DNA from: Bacteroidia bacterium
Lineage (GTDB): Bacteria; Bacteroidota; Bacteroidia; AKYH767-A; OLB10
Direction of reading: 5' to 3'
DNA: 64,000 bases
Assembly (NCBI GenBank): GCA_046330075.1
Contig: JAXLTL010000001.1
Span: forward strand, 930,341-994,340
The notes beneath the pieces are model-generated. The model was not told the DNA's origin. It saw only the letters and a list, made by a program, of their open reading frames with translations, and did not search any database. Made by a program: the position numbers and the translations under genes. Shown here one piece after another: positions 9,287-17,761 of this stretch (positions are counted from its first letter, which is position 1; each line of letters opens with the position of its first letter).

Positions 9287-10837
9287 ATGTTTAGAATACA
9301 AAAAATAATTTATATAATCGGGGCCCTAATCTATATTAGCCTGAAAACTCATGCGCAGTTTACGAATAACAACTGGTGTTTCGGTGATAGTGCTGGTGTT
9401 CGTTTTGATTCGGCGATAAGTATATTTCGATGTGGAACTGGCTTCACCAGAGGGACAGCAACAATTTCTGATATCAATGGGGATTTGATTTTCTATGGGG
9501 CAACCAGTAACACGACAAATGAATTTACCGGTCAAATTAAACAAGGTAAATTGTTTAATAAATACCATACTGAACTAATAAATGGTGACACTTTAGTTGG
9601 TGGCAATTGGTATCATTGTATGCTTGTTTTACCAAAATCAATAATCGACAGTACATTTTATGTATTTGTGGCTGGGGTGGTAGTACCTGACACCGGTTTA
9701 TGGTATAGCATTGTGGATATGAAATTACAGGGGGGAGTGGGTGCAGTGGTACAAAAAAATGTCAGATTTGAAACGCACCCTGTTCAGGATATGCTCACTG
9801 CCGTGAAACATGGCAATGGCAAGGATTGGTGGTTGGTAACCAGACGATGGCGTTCAAGTGGTGCCGGAATCGGGAATGATGAATTCTGGGTTTATCTTGT
9901 AGATTCAATTGGAATTCATCCATTAGCTGTACAGCATATTGGAACCTCAAATTATAATGGAGCCGGTGATATGAGTTTCAATTCTACAGGTGACAAATTG
10001 GCCTTGTGTGGCTGGGGTAATTATTTGGGTGTTTTCGACTTCGATCGATGCACCGGCCAAATCTCAAATGAAACCCTGATAGAACCGAACACCCAACTGG
10101 GCAACCACCCATACCGTTGGTACACCAGTGTTGTTTTTTCACCAAGTGGGCAATTTTTATATGTGAATTCATCGCAGGAAGCATATCAGACAAGTGGTAA
10201 ACTATATCAGTTTGATTTAACTGCCACAAATATTGCTACTAGCAGGGTATTAATTGACTCTTTTCCTACAAATGCAGAGAATCATGGAATGGAATTAGGA
10301 CCAGATGGGAAAATTTATATTAGTGCACAGGAATTTGGAGGGTGCACTTACCCATGGCCTAGTGGTTGTTTTAGCACTATAAATTCAAACCTCAGTGTAA
10401 TTAACTCTCCAGATAGCTTGGGGTCTGCATCAAACTTCCAACTATTTGCTCTTAACTTAGGAGGCTATCGTGCTTATAGGGGTCTCCCCAACAACCCCGA
10501 TTACGAGCTGGGGGCATGGGTGGGCAGTCCTTGTGATACGTTAACTGTGGGCCTCACCCCCGGCCCCTCTCCAGAGGAGAGGGGAGCCTGGCTGCAGGCA
10601 TGGTATAATCACGAATGGAATATGATCCATGTGAATGCGGCGCAGTTGAAAGGAAAGAAAGGAATGTTGAGGTTAATGGATATAGAAGGCAGAATCGTTT
10701 TCGAAAAACCGGCGGCGGTGTTGGCAGGAGGGTATTATACGACGGAGATTTACATGAATGAGTTGTCAAGTGGGGTTTATGTTGTCAACCTGGTTACGGA
10801 TAGAGAGACGTTGTCGTTTAAAACCAGTAAATTCTAG
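9287..10837 (+). CDS. secreted T9SS cargo protein, paralog B
   Basis: Signal peptide followed by NNNWCFGDSAGVRFD. Homologous along its whole length to 39123..40664(-), with a conserved 3' end ...VNLVTDRETLSFKTSKF. Confidence 0.75.
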   Translation: MFRIQKIIYIIGALIYISLKTHAQFTNNNWCFGDSAGVRFDSAISIFRCGTGFTRGTATISDINGDLIFYGATSNTTNEFTGQIKQGKLFNKYHTELINGDTLVGGNWYHCMLVLPKSIIDSTFYVFVAGVVVPDTGLWYSIVDMKLQGGVGAVVQKNVRFETHPVQDMLTAVKHGNGKDWWLVTRRWRSSGAGIGNDEFWVYLVDSIGIHPLAVQHIGTSNYNGAGDMSFNSTGDKLALCGWGNYLGVFDFDRCTGQISNETLIEPNTQLGNHPYRWYTSVVFSPSGQFLYVNSSQEAYQTSGKLYQFDLTATNIATSRVLIDSFPTNAENHGMELGPDGKIYISAQEFGGCTYPWPSGCFSTINSNLSVINSPDSLGSASNFQLFALNLGGYRAYRGLPNNPDYELGAWVGSPCDTLTVGLTPGPSPEERGAWLQAWYNHEWNMIHVNAAQLKGKKGMLRLMDIEGRIVFEKPAAVLAGGYYTTEIYMNELSSGVYVVNLVTDRETLSFKTSKF

Positions 10838-11277
10838 TTGAATTCAGAATTCAGGATGCAGAATTCAGAATTGCCCAACCTCTCGGGACACTTTTTTGAT
10901 TTTGCGATCAAACACCCAATAGAATCAAAACCTACAGGGTTGTTTTAGTTAATGAAGTCAGAGAAAAAAACGGCCCTCAGCACCGCTGGTTTTTGAAGCG
11001 CAGTGAACGGTGGAATAGACGGAGGGAAGCGGCGAATGGAATGAGCCGATCACCCGACGGCCCGCCGTACACAAGCGAAAAAAATTCCGCGATAGCGGAA
11101 AGGCGGTGGCGGTTCCTGAGCCTGTCGAAGGATGCAGGCCTTGATCTTTTTGGGTTACCCTGAAGCAGAACGAAGTACGCTTCAGGGTGACTGGGGGTTT
11201 AAGGGGACAGCGTCCCCTTGGGATGTTTAAGTATGGAGAATGCTGAATGAAATGGACAGATTTGCCGGATTGGGAGA

Positions 11278-11345
11278 ATGGGGTTTATGTTGTCAACCTG
11301 GTCACGGACAGGGAGACGTTGTCGTTTAAGACTAGTAAATTCTAG
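11278..11345 (+). pseudogene. 3'-terminal fragment of a T9SS CTD coding sequence, unit 1 copy
   Basis: Encodes ...GVYVVNLVTDRETLSFKTSKF* with no upstream gene body. About 94% identical to the 3' end of 9287..10837. Confidence 0.5.
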
Positions 11346-11775
11346 TCGAATTCAGAATTCAAGATGCAGAATTCAGAATTGCCCCCGCCCCGGAATACAA
11401 TTTTTAATTTTGCTGATTAAATAACCAATAGCAAACAAAAACCGACAGGCATTTTAATAGCAATAGAAACAAGAGAAAAAAATCGGCCCTCAGCATATCC
11501 GGTTTTTTGAGTGAAGGAAGTGGCGGAAAAGTTCGAGGGTACCCCGATAGCTATCGGGGCCGAATGAAATGAGGAGATCCCCCCTGAGAACCCGCCACGG
11601 ACAAGCTCAAAAAATTCCGCGAAAGCGGAAAGGATATGGTGCAGGCCTTGATCTTTTTGGTTACTTTTTCTATCAAGAGAAAAAGTGACCAGGGGTTTAA
11701 GGGGACAGCGTCCCCTTGGGATGTTTAAGTATGGAGAATGCTGAATGAAATGGACAGATTTGCCGGATTGGGAGA

Positions 11776-11843
11776 ATGGGGTTTATGTTGTCAACCTGGT
11801 CACGGACAGGGAGACGTTGTCGTTTAAGACCGGGAAATTCTAG
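11776..11843 (+). pseudogene. 3'-terminal fragment of a T9SS CTD coding sequence, unit 2 copy
   Basis: Same fragment ending ...SFKTGKF*. It is followed by the palindrome and 3' UTR sequence that also follows gene 3988..5511. Confidence 0.5.
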
Positions 11844-12016
11844 TTACAGCAGCATTTGTTGGTTTAAACCTGCCTGCCGGCAGGCAGGCGCAGCGAAAAC
11901 GGCGACTCGCAACGAACGCAACGGCACGGGGGAAAACATTTATATCCCTGAGGCTTCGCTCCGGGCGCAAGCGCTTCGCAACTCTGTAACTCAGTAGCTC
12001 TGTAACTCTGTAACTC

Positions 12017-13291
12017 CTACAACCCCGTAGGAACCCATTCCCCCTGATTGTAAATACCAATGGGCTTGCCTTTAAACGTGGTGCCGGTGAAAGGTGTATT
12101 GGACGACTTCGACTGAATATGCTCTTTACCGAAGGTCCACGCTGTAGCCGGATGATAAACAGTGAGGTTGGCGATAGCGCCTTTCGTGATGGAGGGGACA
12201 TCTATACCCAATATACGGCGCGGATTTTTCACCAGTACTTCGTACATCCGTTCCCGTGAGAGGCTTCCCTTAAAGGCTGCATTGAGTACACCGTAAAAAC
12301 TCTCCAGTGATATCATGCCATAGGCTGCGTAGTCAAACTCCACATCCTTCGACTCCAGATCCTCCGGCGAATGGTCGCTGCAGATCACATCGATGGTTCC
12401 GTCGATGACGGCTTCTCTGAGAGCAAGTACATCATCAGCCGTACGCAGTGGTGGCTTCACTTTATACATACTGCTGAATCCTTCCAGGGAGGTATCATCC
12501 AGCAGCAGATGATATACATAAACTTCCGCCGTCACCGGTACTCCTTCTTTCTTCGCTTCACGGATTCTGTTCACTGCATCACGGGTGCTGATACCGGATA
12601 TGTGTATTGGCACTCCTGCATATTTCACCAGACTGAGATCACGTTGTACCGCAATCTCTTCGGCAATGGCAGGTGCTCCCTTGAACCCGAGTAATGTGGT
12701 GAACGGGCTTTCTGTCGCCTGCAGCTTTGCTGTTAAGCCAGGATCATCAGCATATGAAATAACAGGCGCTCCCAGATTGCCCGCATACTGCAGCGCTCTC
12801 AACATGACTCCGCTGTTTCCAATGGCCCGCTTTACGTCCGTGAATGCTACTGCTCCGGCAAGTTTCATATCGTACATTCCCGCAAGCTCTTTTCCCTCGA
12901 GCTGTTCTGTTAATGCTCCACCCGGAAATACATCCACCGGATATCCCGTGGCTCTGGCTTTGATAAAACTAACATCGGCATGCGTTTGTATAGCTGGATG
13001 GGTGGAAGGCATCACTACAACTCCGGTAAAACCTCCTTGTGCAGCGGCCTTTTGACCCGAACGTATCGTTTCTTTTTGCTCATCGCCGGGTTCTCTGAAA
13101 AATGCACGTAAATCAAGCCATCCGGGTGATACTTCCACCCCGGCTTCTTCAACAACCACCGTTTCTGCCGGTGCTGTGAGCCCGTTTCCTGTTTCCTGAA
13201 TGATCCCGTTGTTTACAAGAACATCCGTGTTTTTACCGTGGAGTGATGAGGACGGATCGTTGATCCGTACGTTTTTCAGGAGAAGGTTCAT
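12017..13291 (-). CDS. dihydroorotase-like cyclic amidohydrolase
   Basis: Amidohydrolase fold motifs: VSPGWLDLRAFFREPG, DVICSDHSPE, and a metal-binding HxH-type region. Likely start is MNLLLKNVRI. The start overlaps the upstream stop by ATGA. Confidence 0.7.
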   Translation of the reverse strand: MNLLLKNVRINDPSSSLHGKNTDVLVNNGIIQETGNGLTAPAETVVVEEAGVEVSPGWLDLRAFFREPGDEQKETIRSGQKAAAQGGFTGVVVMPSTHPAIQTHADVSFIKARATGYPVDVFPGGALTEQLEGKELAGMYDMKLAGAVAFTDVKRAIGNSGVMLRALQYAGNLGAPVISYADDPGLTAKLQATESPFTTLLGFKGAPAIAEEIAVQRDLSLVKYAGVPIHISGISTRDAVNRIREAKKEGVPVTAEVYVYHLLLDDTSLEGFSSMYKVKPPLRTADDVLALREAVIDGTIDVICSDHSPEDLESKDVEFDYAAYGMISLESFYGVLNAAFKGSLSRERMYEVLVKNPRRILGIDVPSITKGAIANLTVYHPATAWTFGKEHIQSKSSNTPFTGTTFKGKPIGIYNQGEWVPTGL

Positions 13292-15429
13292 GCGGTTTTC
13301 CAGTATCGGATGAGTAATATTTCTATGAGCAGAAAGAGTAAAGCCAGTGTGACAGCATACTTCCATAAGGGTGTTCCCTGATGCAGTGTTTGCAGCGCCT
13401 TCGTAAGATCAGGAATACCGGCCTGCATTAAATCCCAGTTCTTGTATCCGGCCTGACCGGCGGCAGCACTGATAACAGCTTCGTCCTGGAATTTCATGAC
13501 CGATTCCCGCCGGTTGTAGTTGTATGAGAGGATGGCCACCCGCTGATTACCCCGCTTAAGTTCATATTGTCCGGCTGCCGGTACCTGATCTCCTGCCGAA
13601 ATGAGCAACCCTCCGTTCACTTGCTTTACGGAAGGAATAATATCAGTCTTAAGCCGTTCATTGACCAGATGGAACGTCTCGTCACCGGTAAGAGCCGGCA
13701 GATTAAGTAATAACGGTTGCGCATGTCCGAGAATAGACGAAATCGCGATCGGCCGGGTGCTGAGCAATGCCATTCGGTATAACAGCGGTGCAAAGATCGC
13801 ATGGCGGGAAAGGTTGCTGAATCCGCCTTCCATCGGAACAGTGAAGAGATAAATGGCTCCTTTACCGGATGGATATTGTTCGAGCAGACTTCCACCACCC
13901 TGTAATTTCATGAGTGATTGTCCCGCACTGCCGTTGGTGTTGATAAGATCAAAATGACGTGCAACGGATGGGTAGTCAATGCGACCATCGCGCATCTGTT
14001 TTGTTTCAAACACTTCGTTAAAGACCGGATGCTGCACATCTACAGAAATGACCTTATCAGCAGATGCGTTGATTCCACCCATTTGATCAATACCTAATGC
14101 AGCAAAGGCGGCGTTTAAGCTGGGGTCAGCAATCGCGGAATCAGGGAATATGCACAGTGTTCCTCCGGCTTCGGTGAATTTCCTGAGCTCCTGCGCCAGC
14201 CCACTGGAAATCTCACGAATATCTTCCAGCAATACCATCTCCGTATTTTGCAGTGCGCTAAAGTCGACGGTGCCGGTTGTTGCTCTTTTCAATACAAAGG
14301 ATGGATCCTTGCCAAAGAGGGCTTCAAGGTATTTCAGCGGTGTGCCGTCCCCTATTATCAATAAGTCAGTTTTTTCACGCACTTCAAAGGAAGTGTAGTA
14401 GCTGTCATCAAAAGTGATGGGGTGATCGGTAAGTTGAACTTCCAGTCGCTGCCAGCCGGGAGCCGACACGGTAAAACTGAAGGTGACTGTGGATGATTGT
14501 CCGGCAGGAACCAGCACACTCGACACGGCCTTCTGTGCGTCATTGAGTAATAATCTGACCGGCACATTTTCCGCATCCTTTTCGCCAGTATTCAATACCT
14601 TCACTGTAATTTCGGAAGGTTGGTTCAGTTGTACTACCGGACCCGACAACCAGCAGGAGTCGATCAGCACATTTGGCGTTTCCTGCAAAGGCAAGGCTAC
14701 AAAGGATACGTGGATGGCAGAATCGGGTGTGGAGCCAGCTATTTTAAATGTACTCTCCTGAAAATCGCTGATGATAAACGACCGGAAGCCGTCAGATCCG
14801 TTAGCGTTCAAGGCTTCCTTCTGACGCAGCATTACTTCATCCAGCGTTCTGCTCACCGGTGAGAATTGTATCCTGCTAAGCTCCTCCATAAAATCATCCT
14901 TACTTAGCATACGCTGCTGCACTGCAGAAAATTCGTTCGTGAGCAACTGGAATCGGGTACTGGCCGGATAAGCGCCAGCAATCTCCTTTGCTTTGCGCCG
15001 GGCCACTTCCAGTAAAACACCTTCGTTGCCAACTGCATCCATACTAAAGGAGTTATCGACATAAATACCGACGGTACCTTGCTGTACCTGAGCGGCTGCA
15101 TGACCAGCCGGAATATAAGGCTGCGCAAAAGCCAGTACGATGAAGGCAACAGCGAGTAACCGGGAGCAGAGAATGAGCAGATGTTTCAGACGGGAAATTC
15201 GGGTCGTTTCCTCCTTCAGCTCGGTGAGAAATTTCACATTGGTGAAGAGTATTTTCTTGTACCGGCGGAAATTAAAGAGGTGAATGATGACCGGAATGGC
15301 CAGCAATGAAAGGGCGAAGAGATAATGGGGAGCGATAAACCTGATCACCGTGGGCGAATGTTTTGCAAAGGTAATAAATAGAAGGTCGTGTAGCAGCAGA
15401 AACGCAACAGTCGCTTTATTATTTCCCAT
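13288..15429 (-). CDS. BatA N-terminal-domain (aerotolerance-related) membrane protein, large extracytoplasmic form
   Basis: N-terminus HDLLFITFAKHSPTVIRFIAPHYLFALSLLAIPVIIHLF..RRYKK resembles the BatA_N double-TM segment. About 700 aa. Translationally coupled to the downstream amidohydrolase. Confidence 0.55.
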   Translation of the reverse strand: MGNNKATVAFLLLHDLLFITFAKHSPTVIRFIAPHYLFALSLLAIPVIIHLFNFRRYKKILFTNVKFLTELKEETTRISRLKHLLILCSRLLAVAFIVLAFAQPYIPAGHAAAQVQQGTVGIYVDNSFSMDAVGNEGVLLEVARRKAKEIAGAYPASTRFQLLTNEFSAVQQRMLSKDDFMEELSRIQFSPVSRTLDEVMLRQKEALNANGSDGFRSFIISDFQESTFKIAGSTPDSAIHVSFVALPLQETPNVLIDSCWLSGPVVQLNQPSEITVKVLNTGEKDAENVPVRLLLNDAQKAVSSVLVPAGQSSTVTFSFTVSAPGWQRLEVQLTDHPITFDDSYYTSFEVREKTDLLIIGDGTPLKYLEALFGKDPSFVLKRATTGTVDFSALQNTEMVLLEDIREISSGLAQELRKFTEAGGTLCIFPDSAIADPSLNAAFAALGIDQMGGINASADKVISVDVQHPVFNEVFETKQMRDGRIDYPSVARHFDLINTNGSAGQSLMKLQGGGSLLEQYPSGKGAIYLFTVPMEGGFSNLSRHAIFAPLLYRMALLSTRPIAISSILGHAQPLLLNLPALTGDETFHLVNERLKTDIIPSVKQVNGGLLISAGDQVPAAGQYELKRGNQRVAILSYNYNRRESVMKFQDEAVISAAAGQAGYKNWDLMQAGIPDLTKALQTLHQGTPLWKYAVTLALLFLLIEILLIRYWKTA

Positions 15430-15603
15430 CGAAGCGTCCCCCCTGCCCGCTCTATACCCTGATTCCACCAGCTGGTTTCGCTGACTTCCCGCTATTCAAT
15501 AGGTTAGAACGATCACTATTAACATTGGATTGTAGATTACGGCCGGAGATCCTGCGATTCACCGACCCTGATCTGCCGTTAAATTCGGAAAAACACATGG
15601 CCT

Positions 15604-16956
15604 ATGCCCAGGATCTCCACTAAAGACAAAGACAGAAAGATCTTTGTACTCGATACCTCTGCTATCCTTTTTGATCACAACGCCTTTTTTAATTTTAAGG
15701 AGCATGATGTAGCTATTCCCATTACCGTACTCGAGGAAATTGACCGGTTTAAGAAAGGAAATGACGTGATCAACTTTGAAGCACGTGAATTCATCCGGGC
15801 GATTGACAAGTTATCGGCCAGTTATTCCTTGCAGGACTGGATTCCGCTCAATGGTCCTACCAAGGGCAAATTCCGCGTGCTGATGCATGAAAAAAGCAGC
15901 ACCATCGACGCCGATCAGGTATTTGGCGAGCGTAAAGCGGATCACCGAATCATCAATGCGGCAATGAGCATACAGGAAGAATATCCGCACCGCAAGGTTG
16001 TGCTGGTGAGCAAGGATATCAACCTGCGTCTCAAAGCCCGTTCCCTCAACCTCGCTTCAGAAGATTATGAAACCGGAAAGGTTAAGGATATAAAGGATCT
16101 CTACACCGGTAAATCAGTCATTGAGAACGCACCGAAAAAAGCAATAGACAAGTTATATCAGGATGGCTGGTGCGCCTGGAAGGATATCGTAAAAGAACGC
16201 CCGATTAAAAATCATTATTTTATACTCCGCAGTAAAACAGAGTCGGGCTCCGCACTCGCCTGGTATAATCCGCTGAGCGATCGCATCGAGCGAATCCAGA
16301 AAGAACCGGCAGCAGGTATACGACCCAGAAATGCTGAACAGGCTTTTGCTATCCATTCGGTACTGAATCCAAATATTCTGCTCAGTTCTATTATGGGCAT
16401 CGCCGGGTCGGGAAAGACTTTACTGGCATTGGCTTCTGCTCTCGAGCAGAAGAGTAAATTCAGGCAGATCTATCTGGCAAGGCCCATCGTACCGCTCAGC
16501 AACAAAGACATCGGCTACTTGCCGGGAGATATTAAATCGAAGATTAACCCCTACATGGAGCCTTTATGGGATAACCTGAAGTTCATCCAGAGTCAATACA
16601 AGGAAACTGATAAGGAATTTCAGAAAATCAATGATATGGTGGAGAATGAAAAACTGCATATTACGCCGCTGGCCTATATCCGCGGACGCAGTTTGAGCAA
16701 TATCTGCTTTATCATTGATGAAGCACAGAATCTCACGCCTCATGAAGTAAAAACGATAATCACCAGAGCCGGAGAAGGCACTAAAATTATTTTCACAGGA
16801 GATATCTTTCAGATCGATACTCCGTATCTCGATTCACACAGCAACGGACTCAGCTCCCTCATTGACAAAATGAAAAATCAGGAGCTTTACTCCCACATCA
16901 CGCTTGAAAAAGGTGAACGCAGTGACCTGGCGAATCTGGCAGGGCATCTGCTTTAA
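15604..16956 (+). CDS. PhoH-like ATPase with an N-terminal PIN domain (YlaK-type)
   Basis: PIN-like N-terminus (FVLDTSAIL....ITVLEEID). Walker A GIAGSGKT and Walker B FIIDEAQN of the PhoH family. Confidence 0.8.
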   Translation: MPRISTKDKDRKIFVLDTSAILFDHNAFFNFKEHDVAIPITVLEEIDRFKKGNDVINFEAREFIRAIDKLSASYSLQDWIPLNGPTKGKFRVLMHEKSSTIDADQVFGERKADHRIINAAMSIQEEYPHRKVVLVSKDINLRLKARSLNLASEDYETGKVKDIKDLYTGKSVIENAPKKAIDKLYQDGWCAWKDIVKERPIKNHYFILRSKTESGSALAWYNPLSDRIERIQKEPAAGIRPRNAEQAFAIHSVLNPNILLSSIMGIAGSGKTLLALASALEQKSKFRQIYLARPIVPLSNKDIGYLPGDIKSKINPYMEPLWDNLKFIQSQYKETDKEFQKINDMVENEKLHITPLAYIRGRSLSNICFIIDEAQNLTPHEVKTIITRAGEGTKIIFTGDIFQIDTPYLDSHSNGLSSLIDKMKNQELYSHITLEKGERSDLANLAGHLL

Positions 16957-16973
16957 TTAGGATCATTTAAAAC

Positions 16974-17007
16974 GAAAAGGGCTTCAACCGGAAGCCCTTT
17001 TCGTTTT
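16974..17007. terminator. bidirectional rho-independent terminator (AAAAGGGCTTC..GAAGCCCTTTTCGTTTT)
   Basis: An 11-bp GC-rich stem flanked by an A-tract and a T-tract, between convergent genes. Confidence 0.7.
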
Positions 17008-17021
17008 ACTGAGAGTCTGAC

Positions 17022-17246
17022 TTATTTCGCAGCCGAACTATCTGCAACAGTGCTGTCAGCAGCAATGGTAGTGTCAGCCGCCATAGCAGCCATGGCAGCT
17101 TCTTCTGCTGCTTTCATTGCCGATTCTGCAGCAGCTACAGAATCATCAAACCGCTTTTTCTCAGCCGCCTTTTCTTCGGCACTCGGTCCGCAGGATGCCC
17201 ATACAGTCATCAGTCCGGCAATCAGTACATAGATGCTTTTTCTCAT
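17022..17246 (-). CDS. small Ala/Glu-rich lipoprotein
   Basis: Lipobox LMTVWASC, then low-complexity AEEKAAEKKR..AAMAAMAA. Paralogous to the next gene. Confidence 0.5.
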   Translation of the reverse strand: MRKSIYVLIAGLMTVWASCGPSAEEKAAEKKRFDDSVAAAESAMKAAEEAAMAAMAADTTIAADSTVADSSAAK

Positions 17247-17278
17247 GTCAATTACTTGTATTTCAGAGATATTAAAGA

Positions 17279-17641
17279 TTATCCACGACCACGGGTGGCG
17301 TCTTTCACTTCTTTAATTTCCTTTTCAATTTTCTTTTGTTCAGGAGTTTTCTTCGGAGCCGGCTTTACAGCTTTCTTCTTCGCAGCTGCAATAGAGTCAG
17401 CCGTTGCTTTGGCAGCAATTGAATCAGCCTGTTGCTTTTCAATAAGTGCCAGAGAATCCTTCGTGGCAGCTTCAACTTTCATGATGCTGTCCTGAACGCG
17501 AGCAGCAGCTTCAGCAGCAGCTACACCGGCAATAGAATCCTGTACTCGTTTTTCTTCAGCAGCCTTTTCCTCAGCGCTGGGTCCGCAGGCAGCTACCAGG
17601 GTAACGGCAACTCCGGCAATTAAATAAATTACCTTTTTCAT
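17279..17641 (-). CDS. small Ala/Glu/Lys-rich lipoprotein, tandem paralog
   Basis: MKKVIYLIAGVAVTLVAAC lipoprotein signal. Shares the GPSAEEKAAE(E/K)KR motif with 17022..17246. Confidence 0.5.
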   Translation of the reverse strand: MKKVIYLIAGVAVTLVAACGPSAEEKAAEEKRVQDSIAGVAAAEAAARVQDSIMKVEAATKDSLALIEKQQADSIAAKATADSIAAAKKKAVKPAPKKTPEQKKIEKEIKEVKDATRGRG

Positions 17642-17761
17642 GATGTGTTCTTGAATTTGAGCCACAAATGTATTCAATAAAAAAACACAGTGACAAGGAA
17701 AAAATTCAGTGAATTCTACATTTTTTCAATTACTTTTGCCACAAACACGACTAATACAACC

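Larger units (their letters stand above)
10838..11843 (+). repeat. two tandem ~500-bp cassette units (10838-11345, 11346-11843), each ending with the last ~66 nt (including the stop) of the T9SS-cargo CTD
   Basis: Both units start GAATTCAGAATTCA(G/A)GATGCAGAATTCAGAATTGCCC. They share the hairpins TTCCGCGA(T/A)AGCGGAA and AAGGGGACAGCGTCCCCTT. A third hairpin sits at the same position in both units but with different stem sequences. Confidence 0.7.

Noticed and set aside
10838-11843. Diversity-generating retroelement (template/variable repeat at a gene 3' end)
   Set aside because: No reverse transcriptase gene is in the window. Differences between the CTD fragments and the gene 3' ends are not adenine-specific. 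The repeated segment includes the stop codon and UTR.
11776-12201. ORFs 11776..11997(+) and 11824..12201(-)
   Set aside because: They span repeat and UTR sequence and overlap the amidohydrolase gene end. They are low-complexity translations of GC-rich repeats.
12371-13055. ORFs 12371..12694(+) and 12585..13055(+) antisense to the dihydroorotase-like gene
   Set aside because: They are embedded in a conserved enzyme gene on the other strand, with no independent support.
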